In this document: positions 12,501-24,700 of the stretch, piece after piece
Position numbering within the stretch: position 1 is the first letter of the stretch
Layout of the letters: every line of letters begins with the position of its first letter
Assembly: GCA_000708835.1 (NCBI GenBank)
Contig: DF237084.1
Coordinates: 62,001 to 126,000, forward strand
Direction: 5' to 3'
DNA from: Klebsormidium nitens
Lineage: Eukaryota > Plantae > Klebsormidiophyceae
DNA length: 64,000 nucleotides
Translations under genes and position numbers: made by a program
The notes under the pieces: generated by a model
The model's database searches: none
What the model saw: only the letters and a program-made list of their open reading frames with translations
Told to the model about the DNA's origin: nothing

Positions 12501-15500
12501 CTGGACTCCTGAGTCGAACGTTCTTGTCTCCTCAACTTCTTGCTGAAACTCATTCGGGTTTCCCTAGAACCCGTTAAGATGAGATATCAACCGACCTGGT
12601 TGGCCTTGCAAGTACCCTTTTTCACCCTTTCTTCTTGCCTAGTTGTTTTCTTCCGCTTTGATTGTCGCCATCTCTCGTTTTTCTCTTCCAAGTTCCGACT
12701 GGCGCAGAGGAAACAAGGCTGAAAGTATGTCTCTGCTCGCAGGCTCACAAACGAGCAGCGAGGCGCAATCACGGACTACCTTAAGGTGTACAAGGTAAGC
12801 TCTTTCCCGTGGTGATTTTAGACGGCTGCATTCGTTGCTTGAGCAAGTTAAAGCTACCCCAAAGACCCAATCAATGTGTCCGTCTGCCAAGGGAATACTT
12901 CGGCGGGAATTGCTTCCTTGGCTCATCGAAGTTCTGCGTAATCCGTATTACGGTCTTGGTTACTTGGTATCAAGGCATGCCGTTTAAATAGCCCGCCCCT
13001 CAACTGAAAACTCCGCCTACATGCCAAGTAACCGGTGAACTCTCGGTACCTTACCTCCCTCAGGGTGGCTCTCCGATAGCACGTCTCTGCAACCTGCGAC
13101 TCTCTGAGGACGTCTATCATCACTCTACTTTCTGTCTGAACTTTCACCGTATCTTTCTGCTTTTTAAGACCAGTATTCAGCTCGCCCGAACCTCGTTTTT
13201 GAAACCACAACGTTCACTGTCGATTTCTCGTTATTTTTGGCGGCTCCAGGACAGTGCTCCACACTTGTCTGCACGTTCAATCTGCAGGGCTCGGAGAACA
13301 ACAAGGAGAAGAAGGTCTCGCTACAAGGGTCGGTCCTGCATCCAATGCTGTCGTAAGCCTCCGTCACACGGCGCTGCGGACAAGCTGCTTCTCAAAAAAT
13401 TGTTCAATGTCGGTTTCTCGTTTCTTTTACGCGCTGGACGTCGAATCAATCTATGCATGTCCTTAAGTTTTGCACGCACTCTGCAACCCTGCCGGCCATC
13501 CTGCTATGCTGACGTCAGCCGCCGATTATCCCCTACTTGGCGTGGAGTGATTGAAGTTGTGCTCCTTCGTCTTTTCGGGCCACTCAACATCCTGGTTTTG
13601 CGGCAACTGAAGGCGCTTAAAGACGGCCTGAATACGTTGTGGTTTGCGCATGTGGTCGAAGTTGGCGACCGATTTACTCTGTTGTCAAGCCATTCTGCAT
13701 CCCCACTACCGCGTTTTGATGTCTAAAAGCGCTGACTGCCTGATAAAGAGGAGCCCTTACTAAAACATCCAGTCCTTCCCTCGACAGCCCAAGCTAACGT
13801 CACAACACTCTTCAGGAAGCGCTTGCTGACGTCACCCGCCTTCTCTTATCCTCAGGCGCGCGTACAGGGAGGTCCTGCTCCCCGCCTTCCTCGACCAGGT
13901 TTTGCCGCGACAAAACCTGTTGGTGAATGAGACACAGATTGACACACTGCTGGCCATGATCCCCGACGAAGGTGAGAAAAAGTCGCCTGCCTTCAGAAGT
14001 GTTTTAAAAAGTCACCTGCCTCCAGAAGCCTTTTTCTGTCCCCACGATATGTCTGCTCTTGTAGCCGTTCCGTTCCATAAGACGCAGATCGATGCAGTGC
14101 TTGCCATGATCCTCGACGAAGGTGAGAAAGGTACCCCCTGCGATTGAATCCCCATCATGTCCCCATGTTGAGTCCGAGCTTGTATCCTTGCCGTTCTCAC
14201 GAGATGCAGTTCGATACGCTGCTGATTCTCCAACGAAGGTGAGAGACGCGGGCTCTGCTTCTCATATTGCGTTGCGTTTCTGCTCCAAACAAGTCGTCGT
14301 GTCCGTCTCCGTCTTAACTCTCCCTTCCCATCCATGCAACCGTCGAAATCTGCTTTCCGCCCCCGCCTTTGCTTCACCTGTAGTTTCTTTTTTTCCGGCC
14401 CAAAATAGCTCTCTTCAACAACACCGTATAAGTGTGTCCAACCTCTTAAAGTGGAGATCCGTAAAGGCCACGTGGCGCAACGGCGGGCGGGGCGCGGCCG
14501 CCCATGATGACGTCAGTCATCAAAGGTAATTTCGGACACCAAGCCTCAGATCATGCATTACCGAATCCGATACCAAAATCGAACCTTTGAGAATTAACCC
14601 CAACTTTCGTGCAGAGCTGGCGGAGGAGGTGAAGGCCAAGTGGCGCAACGGCGGGCGGCGCGCGTCCGCGCACGAGGATGAGAACCTCGCGCGGTGGAAG
14701 GATCTCGAGAAGATCGTCATCCGCGAGAAGAAGCGCAACGTGAGGCTTCTTGATGTTCTGTTTTAGGCCCCCGGAAATAGCTTGCGAGATTACATATCGC
14801 AATCCTTTCCCCGTCTAGGTGACCCAAGTGTAAGTCGAACGGAAGGCCTCTTCAACGAGAGTTGTTGGCTTTCTTTTGGTAGTTTAGAACGAAGAGAAAG
14901 GCAAGCAGCTTGGGTATATATGACTAACAATCCCCATCGAATCTTTTCATGGAAAAATGAGACCCTGGATTGAGCCCGTCAAAGAACATCAGAATCACCT
15001 CTCAAAGTACCCAGCTTTCGAACTCGACGCGCTTCGCGCCAACGGAAGGCTCGGCACTTACGTTTGAGCCACTGCTTGAAGGAGGTGTGTTTGCTCTCTT
15101 GGACGTTTCAATCCGGATGAGCAAGTCTCGTGCTGTCATTTCAAGTGATTATGCGCAACTGGGCCAATGCTTGGAAGATACTGTGTTTGAAATGCGGGTT
15201 GCTTGAGCATTCATTTACGTGCGCAGCTTTTTCTTGCTGACGTGTCAAAGCGACCTTCTCGCTGCCACACCTAGCTTGGACTCGTTGGTCTTCGTTTTTC
15301 CCGTGAGATGCCTCTATACTTCACGGGGACCCCAGTTTTGCTGACGTTTCGTGACACTGTTTCGCAGATACGGTTGGGCCACTGCCTAGAAGAAATTGTT
15401 TTCGCGTACACGTACCCCCGCCTCGATCTGGAAGTCTCCAAGCACATGAACCATCTCCTCAAAGCGCCCTTCTGCGTCCACCCGAAAACAGGTGCGTCGC

Positions 15501-18222
15501 ACACTCAGCTTTCTCAAAACGTTTTGGAAGGTAGAGAAAGACCAGGATTGCTTTGCTTACCCTATTCCTTGACGGCTCAGGTATGAGCATAAAATGAGGG
15601 TCGCAGAAGCCCCGCAGCACTGATGCTCAACATGTGACGTCGGCACGAGGGTCTCTATGCTGCCCCGTGTTGAGCACCGCCTGGCAACGTTCACTTCAAC
15701 AACAGCATTTTCTCGACCGTCTCACAAGTCTTGCCCGAGCAGCAACCGTTAGAAATCCGCAAACAATCAGAAGACCAGAGCTCGCGCACAAGGGCGCGAA
15801 CGCGAATACAAAGGGTCAACTTGAAAACGCCAAAAGCTTTAACCCCCTTCGTGACGCAGGCAAGGTGTGTGTGCCCATCGACCCCGCCGATTGCGACAAC
15901 TTCGATCCGATGGGCGTCCCCACACTCGCTTCGGTAAGGGTTCCGTCACAGTCTGCCCGTTCTTTTCAAAAAGTGGTCGTACAGAACTTTGGACATCTGG
16001 CACACGACTTCTGAGCCGCGAGCTGAGCCGGCAAAGCCGCACGTAAAGAGCGCAGCAAAGTCATTGCGCGGAGACGCTTTGGTTTGATCAAGGCGCGATT
16101 GCTGGGCCCGGAGCGAGACTCGTCCAGCTTTCGGCGTGTCTCTCCTGCGCTCTGTCTCCATGACGTTCTTCTTGCGGAACCACTTCTCTTCGATTCCGTG
16201 CCCCTGCGTTCCAGATGTCCTTTTTTTCTGGCAAGTATGGCTCAGTGTCTCGCTTTTCGCACTTCGATCCTGCTTTTGGGCTGACTTCGCTGGCGCACCT
16301 GAGACATCAGACAGCCAGCGTAGGCTTTCCAGATGCTTCGCGGCTTTATGCTGATGGTATGCCTGTGGCGTTCCCTGACATCGGTCGCTTGGGCACCTCC
16401 TTAAAACAGGGCGTGTTACCTTCTTCCTCTCAATCGTAGCACCCATTTTCACCCCCTAAAGACAGTGCGTATTGCCTCGTTCTCCCCAATAAAAGCGCGT
16501 CTCTGAACCCCCACAAAATAGTGCGGAGTGCCTGACTCTCCTCACCCCCAATAAAGCGCATCCCGCCCCTAAACAAACAGTGCCTTCCCCCAAACGAAGC
16601 GCGCATCTAAGCCCCGTAAAGCAGCACGTATTGCCTCCTGCCCCCGAGTAGAAGCGCGCACCTCACTCTCTTAGAAACGGTGCGCGTTGCCTCCCTCCCC
16701 CTCTGGTAGCACGTCTCTCATCCCCCTGAAAGAGTGCGCATTGCTATCCGCCCCCTTCCAAGAAGCTCGCATTTTACCACCCTCTGAGACAAAACGCGAT
16801 TCAACCCCCTCCAATAAGTGCGCGTGTCACCCCCTGCAGCTGCTGAATGAGGTGCAGCGGTTCCGCGGCGACCTGAGGGAGCCGGCGGAAGAGGCCGCCG
16901 AGGCGGCACTGCCCACTGGTGAGAGGTGTTGCATTAGTCGCCCGTAGGAGTCATGGTTCAATATTTCAGCATTTCCGCTTTACGGCTTTTGGAGCTGTCC
17001 ATCCATTGCAAAGGGACGACGGCAGGCGAAGGGTGCTGAGCCTCCGTGTTTCGAGACAACGGATTAGGTATTCTGCGGGGAAATTTGTGCTCCGCAAGTC
17101 ATTGCGGGCATTGTAGGTGCGACTGTTGAACCAGTTCCAGGGTCATCTCGCAACTGGATTGGTTCCTCTTTGGTGATTGAATACGGTATTTTCCAAAGCA
17201 AATCTGTCCACAACTGAAGCGCCATTCGGGCTCCACTCTCACCTTCCCTATGTTGCGTTCGGATCGTCGGGTGTTCAGAGGTGATGTGCCTCTACCTAGA
17301 GCGTTCCATTTTTTGACTATCAAAGCTAATTCTGACACTCTGCCACCTATGCCAGACCTGGACAAGACGAGCCTCAAGGAGGCGGTGCAGCTCTTCCGAA
17401 CGACCTTCTTGGACGACCTGGAGGCGGACTGCAAGGTGAGCGCTCCCGACCGTACGTTGGCTTTCCGCACCCAACAGCTTTAATTGGTCAGAATGGATTG
17501 CGGATTGCCGGACTCCAAAGCCGCTGGGCTGCCGAGCAATGATCCGCTCAAGAAAAAGTATATCGTGCAGTAGTGTCTTCGAAGGAGATTATATTGAGAA
17601 GGTTAGAACTTGAAGAAGGCTGAGATAGGGGAAAGCGGCGTCGCACTGGGTTTGTAGAGAGTTCTTGCGTCTGAGAGGGATGCCTTTTGAGTGCGGTGAC
17701 CAGATTCTCTTTGTGAAATCGAGCACGCTCTATACTGTCCGGAACAGCATGAAAGTACCCTGGGTTGCGTACCGCGTTGAAAAATCTACAAGTTGCTGTG
17801 AGCAACTCCAAAACGGCTTGAAATTCGACTGATGATCGCGATCGCCGGAGTTTCTTAGCAAACTCGACGTATCTCCCGATTGGTAGAGGAGGTAGAAGAC
17901 TTGAGGTTGTATAGACGGAGGCTTGAGGGAGTGCCACAGGAAAAGGGCAGAACCGTTATTTTCAAAGTTTGACAAAAGCCGTCTCACGAGGCCTCTCCGC
18001 ACTATCATCGATTGTGACAAACAGGCTTCCAAAGGCTGCTCACCACCTGTTAAAATCCTCGGTGGAAAAAGCAACAGACCGATCTGAGATCGATCGACAA
18101 GGCTGACAAGGATGACAACAGGACCTCAGCCTTTCTTTGCGGCCTGTGTGCAGTCTGACATTGAGCGAGCCTACCGTGCCAAGAAAGACGAGCTTGCATC
18201 ACGACCAACAACGGGGTGGTGA
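9521..18222 (+). CDS. PRIM1: DNA primase small (catalytic) subunit
   Basis: Exons 10668-11065 ([28 protein letters not shown]), 11339-11401 (ERELVFDV), 11737-11848 ([17 protein letters not shown]), 12306-12390 ([16 protein letters not shown]), 12743-12794, 13288-13352, 13856-13971, about 14615-14739, 15368-15491 ([27 protein letters not shown]), 15860-15933 (VCVPID), 16840-16918, 17356-17435, 18154-18222. The proposed 7-nt first exon ATGGCAG|gt at 9521-9527 joins in frame but is less certain; the alternative start is ATG 10748. Confidence 0.95.
11830..11996 (+). repeat. duplicated exon end plus donor in primase intron (142-bp offset)
   Basis: gatcacatCCTCAGAG|GTGGGg (true donor 11849) versus gattgacacCCTCAGAG|GTGGGc (11991); 13 bp are identical across the junction. 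Confidence 0.65.
13927..14245 (+). repeat. triplicated primase exon end plus donor
   Basis: [15 protein letters not shown]-g|gtgaga (donor 13972), [15 protein letters not shown]-g|gtgaga (14122) and a degenerate gagatgcagttcgatacgctgctg..cgaag|gtgaga (14239). Confidence 0.85.
14464..14515 (+). repeat. intronic copy of the 5' part of the next primase exon (168-bp offset)
   Basis: aaggccacgTGGCGCAACGGCGGGCGGggcgcggccgcccatgatgac versus exonic aaggccaagTGGCGCAACGGCGGGCGGcgcgcgtccgcgcacgaggatgag at 14632-14682. Confidence 0.85.
16451..16835. repeat. degenerate ~55-bp tandem array in a primase intron, ending at the acceptor
   Basis: About 7 units of C-tract + (a)aa..agtgcg/agcacg-tattgcctc + C-tract + aa(a/g)gcgcg, for example at 16451, 16507, 16566, 16612, 16668 and 16721. 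Confidence 0.65.
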
Positions 18223-19989
18223 AAAATAAGGAGTTGATCGGCTCTTTGGCCGTTACATGCTTCAGGCACAGAGCTACTGGCCGTCACTGCTTCAGGCACG
18301 GTGCTCGGATGTCCATACACTTTCCACATACGAGTTGGCAGATCTCAGTACTTTTGTGTCTACGATAAGCGAAGTGGAACAAAGGAGCACCAGGTTTAAG
18401 CATTGCTCGTAAGATCAGAGTCTTCTTCCAGTTGAGTAGGCTTCCTTTAATTAATTACGAAGCTGGGTAGCAGGGCCAAAGTGAGCAGAGTTGCCTCATT
18501 AAGCAGTCGTATCTGTGATTCTAGGAGCTTCGACTGTGTGCATGTTACATGAGCGCACCCTTTGACATTCACCGTAATCAAGCCCTCAATTCATCAAGGC
18601 GAGCGTCAATGACAAGACTGTACATATCCTGCATTCATCGGGCGCATCAGCTGCACATCTTCCCCGAATCCAAGCGGAGTAGGACTGCGTAAGTGGTCTT
18701 CGGGAGTATGCGATAAAAATACGCTCTGCGATTGTGCATGCTCCGAGTGGAAGCACCAGCGTCGAATCATGAACGTGAAACTTTTGCAGCTCAAGCTCAA
18801 CATTGTCTACTAGGTTGAGATATCTAGTGACCGTTTTCATGTGACGCCAGAGCTCAGACGTTGATCGGATCATGGTGCATTTTAAGGCGCTTGCATTTGC
18901 ACCGCCTCATACGTACTCAAAGGTATGCGAAGCACTACACGAGCGGTGCTAATATACATATATCTGATGTTGCATACAAGAAAACGCTGATACTTGTACA
19001 TCTACCCATTTTCCACTAAGCCGGAGTGATCGCCGGCTATTGAGCAGCTCGATCATGGCTAGAGATTGGCCTCCATACTCGGATGGATCCTTCTGCCTCC
19101 TTCTGTAAGGCATGCTCCGACTAGAGTTGTCTAACATAGTGGTTAGTGGGGTTCCCCCTAAAAATACACCTGGATTTGAAAGGATAAATCGATTAGCATG
19201 AGAGCCTTAACGAAGTTTTCAGCACCCGCCTCCCGCGGTCCACTTCTGATACCAGGCCGTGTTTTGTGCACAGTTGCATATCAATCGAAACGATACTGCC
19301 ACATCATAGAAGAACCGATCCTGGATAAGGAAAAAGGAATTTTGCTGCTCCGAACTAGAAGATGAATTTCTAGATTCTGGCAGGTGCAAGTAGACCGGTC
19401 TCGAATATATGCATCAGATTCTCTTTGGCAACAACCAGATTTGATTGCTTCAGTGCTCAACTGCCCAACATGTATGGGCTACAACGGTCAAATAAATCTT
19501 ACGAACGGTCAGAATGAAGACTTAGCTCTTCGCCCACGGCAGCACCCCAGAGTCTCAAATTCTGATGCAGCAAAGCCGCCAGTAATCACGGTCGTAAATG
19601 CAACCCCTCAGCCTTCCCCAGCTGAGATTTATGAGGAGTGAGTCCGCCAGCAAATGCGTTCTCATGATGGAGATTTCTTTTGCTGCTTGGATTTTGACCT
19701 CCACTAACCCTGGCTCGGAACTTGTTATGCCACAATAAAGCGGTCAACTGTAGTGAAGCAACGGGAGGATATGGACTTGAATCAAGAGTAGAATTCCGCA
19801 GCTACTCAAGGTTCAAAGTCTGCGGCCGTGTTTACCTCCATGTTTGAGGGCCGTCTTGTTAACACGTTTCTGATTCAGCTGTTGGGGCAGCTTCCTGTTG
19901 AAGGTTGCTGCTTTGCAGGCGCCTAGATTTGGTTGCAGCAGACTGGCTTTTTATGGCGCGGCTGAGTTTGCAAGCTCTACACCAAGATG

Positions 19990-21005
19990 TTAGCCCATCG
20001 ATGCTGTGAGTGCGCCTGTAGAAATGTTGAGCCGGCTTGACCTGGCCACATGAGTTGCATTTCTTGCCTGATAATTACGCTGGCATGTTTTGCAGATTGT
20101 ATGAAGCGAAGCTTTCTTCCTGTAAAACTCGCTTGCTGCTTTCATTTCGCTGCACACGCGACACCGTCGTGGTACTTCCTCCAGCACCTTGTGACCCAAT
20201 CGCTTCCAGCCATCGCTGTTACAGCTCCTGCACAAATTCCTTGGTGCGCGCACTCCTTGAGAAGTCGCGCGCTTCCTTGAAAACACCGCAACACCTGCAG
20301 GTTATGCCCCTATCCCAGGCCATGTCTACGTCCCAACCTAGATGATGCAGCTCTCTTTTTGCACGCTTTGCAAAGAAAACCGCCCTGCATGCTCGGCACG
20401 TGTCTGTCCGCCCATCTCGAGTACATATCGTCTTCTCAAAGTCTACCAAAGCTTTGCACGCTGACACTCCAAACACTTCTTCAAAACACGACCCTCCGCT
20501 TCATCAAATGAGATTCGTGGAAGATTCATGTTCCAGATCTTTCGCATTTCCATTTGAAGAACCTGGCTGCCTTTCCCCCTCCAGCAGAACCGCCCTGGCA
20601 CTTGTTAATCCAAGCCTCACAGGCCAGCGGTGCCTCAAGCAAACCTGTCCTGCCAGCGCTCGAAGGCTTAGCACTGGTTGTAACCCAATAAAAGTGCATC
20701 AAATCCAGAGCAGACCCGGCCAGAGACGTCCCCTCCCCTGCTCTGTGATTGTGCAGCTTGACTGCACTAGGACGCCATGCTTGTGCAATTTTTCTGTGCC
20801 ATCCCCAAAGTTGATGTGACAGGCGCGCGGGCCAGGACTCAATGCTACAGGCGCTGCCATAATTGTGAATCACAATGGACCGGAAAGCTGCGACACGTTG
20901 GTCAATTCAGTTGCGCGCTGTAGCAGCTTGAAGCAAGGCAAGAAGAGAGGTTCCATACGCTCCTGTAAGCAAGCGCCCCTGGCCCTTTGCCTTGAATGTT
21001 GCCAT
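19990..21005 (-). pseudogene. Zn-ribbon tandem-repeat protein, paralog A (decayed)
   Basis: ATG 21005 (MATFKAK..LLQAATARN*). Then KKCLECQRAKL/frameshift/VDFEKTICTRDGRTDTCRAC-x-RELHHLGWDVDMAWDRGITCRCCGVFKEARDF/frameshift/NLCRSC..RRCRVCSEMKAASEFYRKKASLHTICKTC. It aligns by eye with paralogs B and C and has at least 2 frameshifts plus stops. Confidence 0.8.
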
Positions 21006-21740
21006 TGAAGTTTGAAACATGCAGAAAGGGGATGCAGCCTTACCTAAGCTTGAATTCAGAATTCTGCCGCGACCGTGACTGGACTCGGACTCTAGTCTGG
21101 AGTCCGTTGGTTTTGCCGGTTTTCTGCGAAGCCAGGCAGGGTGATCCCTCAGCACATGGCCGTAATCATTGGATGGTGCCATTCATGATGGCTCGGAGTC
21201 CATGGCTCAGGCGGCCGGGCTGGCAAACAGGAGGTGCCAGGAAGGAAGGAGGCTGCATTGAGCCATGGATTCAACACAGGCTGCAGGGCCCAGGCACACG
21301 TCCTGGCATACTCATGCAGCGACAAGGCGGCCAGAGCATCAGAAAAGGTCGAGCTGGGCGCCATTATGCAGACAGAATGAACGTTGATGTCAAATTTTGC
21401 GTTGGTGGTGCCAGCTACTCATGCAAATGCAGGTTATCTGGTCGCGTATACCTAACGTTTTAGTTTCCACCCTCTTTCCGCAAAACTCAACCTTCGATTT
21501 CCTGCTTCAAGTTGATCAACAACTCTCTTCAAGGATTAGGTGCATTGTTCCTGAGGTGATTTCTTGCATTAGGCTTTCGATCTTCTCCAAGAGCAGCAGC
21601 AGGTCCAAAGATAAGACTCCTGCAGCAGCCTCATCTGCAGCTGAACACGCCTCTCGGAGCATCCACGGCCTAGTTACTAGTCACCCACAGCAAAGTGCTC
21701 GACTGCATCAGTAATCAAGACTGTCGTTTTCTGCACCAAA

Positions 21741-24700
21741 ATGGCTGAACCCGCATTGAGGCCCCTTCCTGACTACAGCAACTTGCTGTCTGTAAAAGAC
21801 AATGTGATCCTGGTGACTGGAGCGTCTTCCGGCCTGGGGGCTTCATTCTCAAGATTCCTTGCCAATCAGGGAGCCAAAGTTGTGTTGGCAGCCAGGAGAC
21901 TGGACAAGCTGGAAGCACTTGTGGCGGTGAGGTCCAAGACCGCTGTTTCTTGAGCATCTTTAGCTTTTCTTGACTCCTCACTTCTTTCGTCTCTGACACC
22001 TGACAAGTGCTCAGAAGATCTATCTCTTACTCGCTAAGTTTCCCAAAGTCGAACCTTGGCATTCATTTTGCATTTTTGCATCAATGCACGAGGCTCCCTG
22101 TGAGAAAAGCGCCACAGGAGGTCTGCAAATTGAATGCTGAATTTGGTCTGTTTCTGCTCGGAAGGTTTTGGGTGCCGCTTCAAGTGTGAAAGCTAAAGCT
22201 GCCAATTCACAATCTGGTCTTTGACATGATAGCAATGTCGGGCGTAATAGTGGTTAGGCATCAAAGAAGTGAAGGGATTGCCATGTCATCAGAAGTTGCG
22301 AGTTAACTCTGAAGCGCGCAGGCCGGGCTTGCACGTTGATTGAGAATTGAGAATAACTCCATGAATATCCGAAGCAACGGGGTAGCTATGGGGTATGCAA
22401 GTCTGTCCCTTCAAGCCTTGACAGGATCCTTGCAGAAGGATATACAAGCCGGTGTCCAAAAGTGCTGAGGGTTGTGAGCTGGTTGCTCTAATTTTTAACT
22501 TGGGTGTCTGTCATAGGCCTCACTGCTCAATAATGTGCATCTGGCTACTTAAGCTCATGCGCCATAGCGCCAAGAGTACATTTTAAAATCAAAGCCAGAG
22601 GTCTATCTCTTCTTGGATATTGGTGCGGACTTAACGTACATGTACTAGAACAGTCCTTGTTTCGAGAGAGCTGGACACATAATTCCACGACACACTTTCA
22701 ACAACCGTTTCAATCATTGGCCTATGTCGTTTGATCCTCAGTCTCAGAGGCCATTGGCTTTGCCTCGTGCACATATCATGTTCATGAGCTGACATGACTG
22801 CACAGGTTACTAAATTGTGAACAGGTTTATCCTGACGCCATTCTTGAGCATGGACAAACGTATCACCTTGCAACACAAGTTCTAAATAAGCGGTATCAAT
22901 GAAGTGCTTTCTCTATAAACTCCCGCAGGATATCAAGGCAGCCGGTGGAGAAGCTGCGGCAGTGCAACTAGACGTGGGTGCCGGTCAGGAGAAGGTCGTG
23001 GCGGGCGTTGATGAAGCAATCGCTGCGTTTGGTCATATCGATGTGTTGGTAAGACCTCGCTTGGATAAATAAACAGCCAAATCACTGCACGTGACCAGCG
23101 TATCTAAGAGCTGTTTCCTTGCTTAGGTGCATTCTGCCAGGCCCTTGTTGCTCGGAACTCTATGGGATCTACGATTCTGGCTTTGCATACTGCGGCTGAC
23201 GCGGGAGCATCATGAGCCTCTCTTCTCCTTAATATGAACAACAAGGACCGCAAGATGTAGGTCCGGACAAAAATGCTCACGCGTTTGTCAACCCAGCAGC
23301 TTTCTGGGGCTTTTTAGGATTCATGAAAAACGAACGAGGTTTTTCGCATTCGACGGAGGGGCTGTTTGGAAGGGTGCCATTTCTCACCAGAAGCATAATG
23401 AAAACGGAACTCGCCTGTAGGTGCTTTGTTCAACATTTCTCCAATTGTGGGGCCTGCCAGATCTGGGCTTCTGAGTCGCCTCTCCTCTGAACCTCTTGTT
23501 TTGACTCTCTCCCTCACGGCACGCTTCTTTGTATCCTCTTTTTCGATTAGATTCTCGATCTCGAAAATTGGTCTCAATAACACATTTGTTCATATCTGCA
23601 GCGCAACCGTAATCTGCAACAATCTTCTCCTGTCTTCAAAGATTTGTTGGGTGCGACTCGAACTCTTCGTCATTGAATTAATACTCTTCTTTCAGCTGCC
23701 CTTCTCATTCTCCGTGTCCAGTAAAGCTGATTGCCACCGTACAGGTAAACAACGCGGGTATTTATGAGGGCGGAGCTTTCCCCAACGACACGCAGGCCAC
23801 GTTCGACCGCTCCTTCGGTGTCAACGTTGGGGGACTTTTGTTCACGGCTCAAGCCGTGGCGAAGCACATGATTAGCAAAGGAATCAAGGGCCGAATCATC
23901 AACAACTCGTCGAACATGGCGTTTGAGGGTTTGGTCATGAAGGGGTCGGAGATCTACTCGGCGACAAAAGCGGCGGTCGTTCAGATGACCAGGCAAGCTG
24001 CTCATATTTTAACTAATGTGATCTCAATTTCAGGAAGTCAGATCTTCTTAGAGACTGGGCTCTTTTACTGGAGGATGGGGCCTGCTGTTAACGTATCCAC
24101 TCTCTACTGGGAGCAAAGAACCACTGATATTGGGGCTGTTGCCTCCTGCTTCGCTCTACGCTTTCAAAAAGTGTGGCTCTTCGCTCCAATCGCCTTCGGG
24201 GAGCGAAGAACCACTCACTGAAAGCACTTGCTGATTTCCGGCGGCCCTTTGAAATCATCCGTCAGCTGCTGTTCCGTTTACGAAACCTTCTGCAGATTGC
24301 CTCACCTTTCAGGCGCAGTTTGGCAGTCTAAAGAAGAGCATTGGCCAGCGTCCGAGTAACGACGTGAGGCCGGATCGTTGGGATCGTTACTCAGTCCAGT
24401 CGTCAAGGTGGTCGTATGGATTCAAGTATTCAAGTATGGATTCAAAGAGTGCTCCTGTTTTTGTTTCCGCATCCTGGCTGACTTAAACTATTCAGGAACT
24501 GGAAGCAATATTCTTGCAACAGATTGACCAGCTGACTGATCAGCAGGTCTGTCCTCGGTACGCTCATGGCTATACAGTCTGAGTACTGCTTTGGGCATTC
24601 GAGTAATCAGCTCCTACTTCCTGACTCTGCTTGTACTGCAAATCAATTTCAAACCGTTCATTCAGTCGTGCTGAAGACTACGGGTAAGCAGGCTTTCGAG

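Noticed and set aside
24354-24392. Small inverted repeat GAGTAACGA/TCGTTACTC as a mini-MITE
   Set aside because: Only 9-bp arms, no convincing TSD and no second copy in the window.
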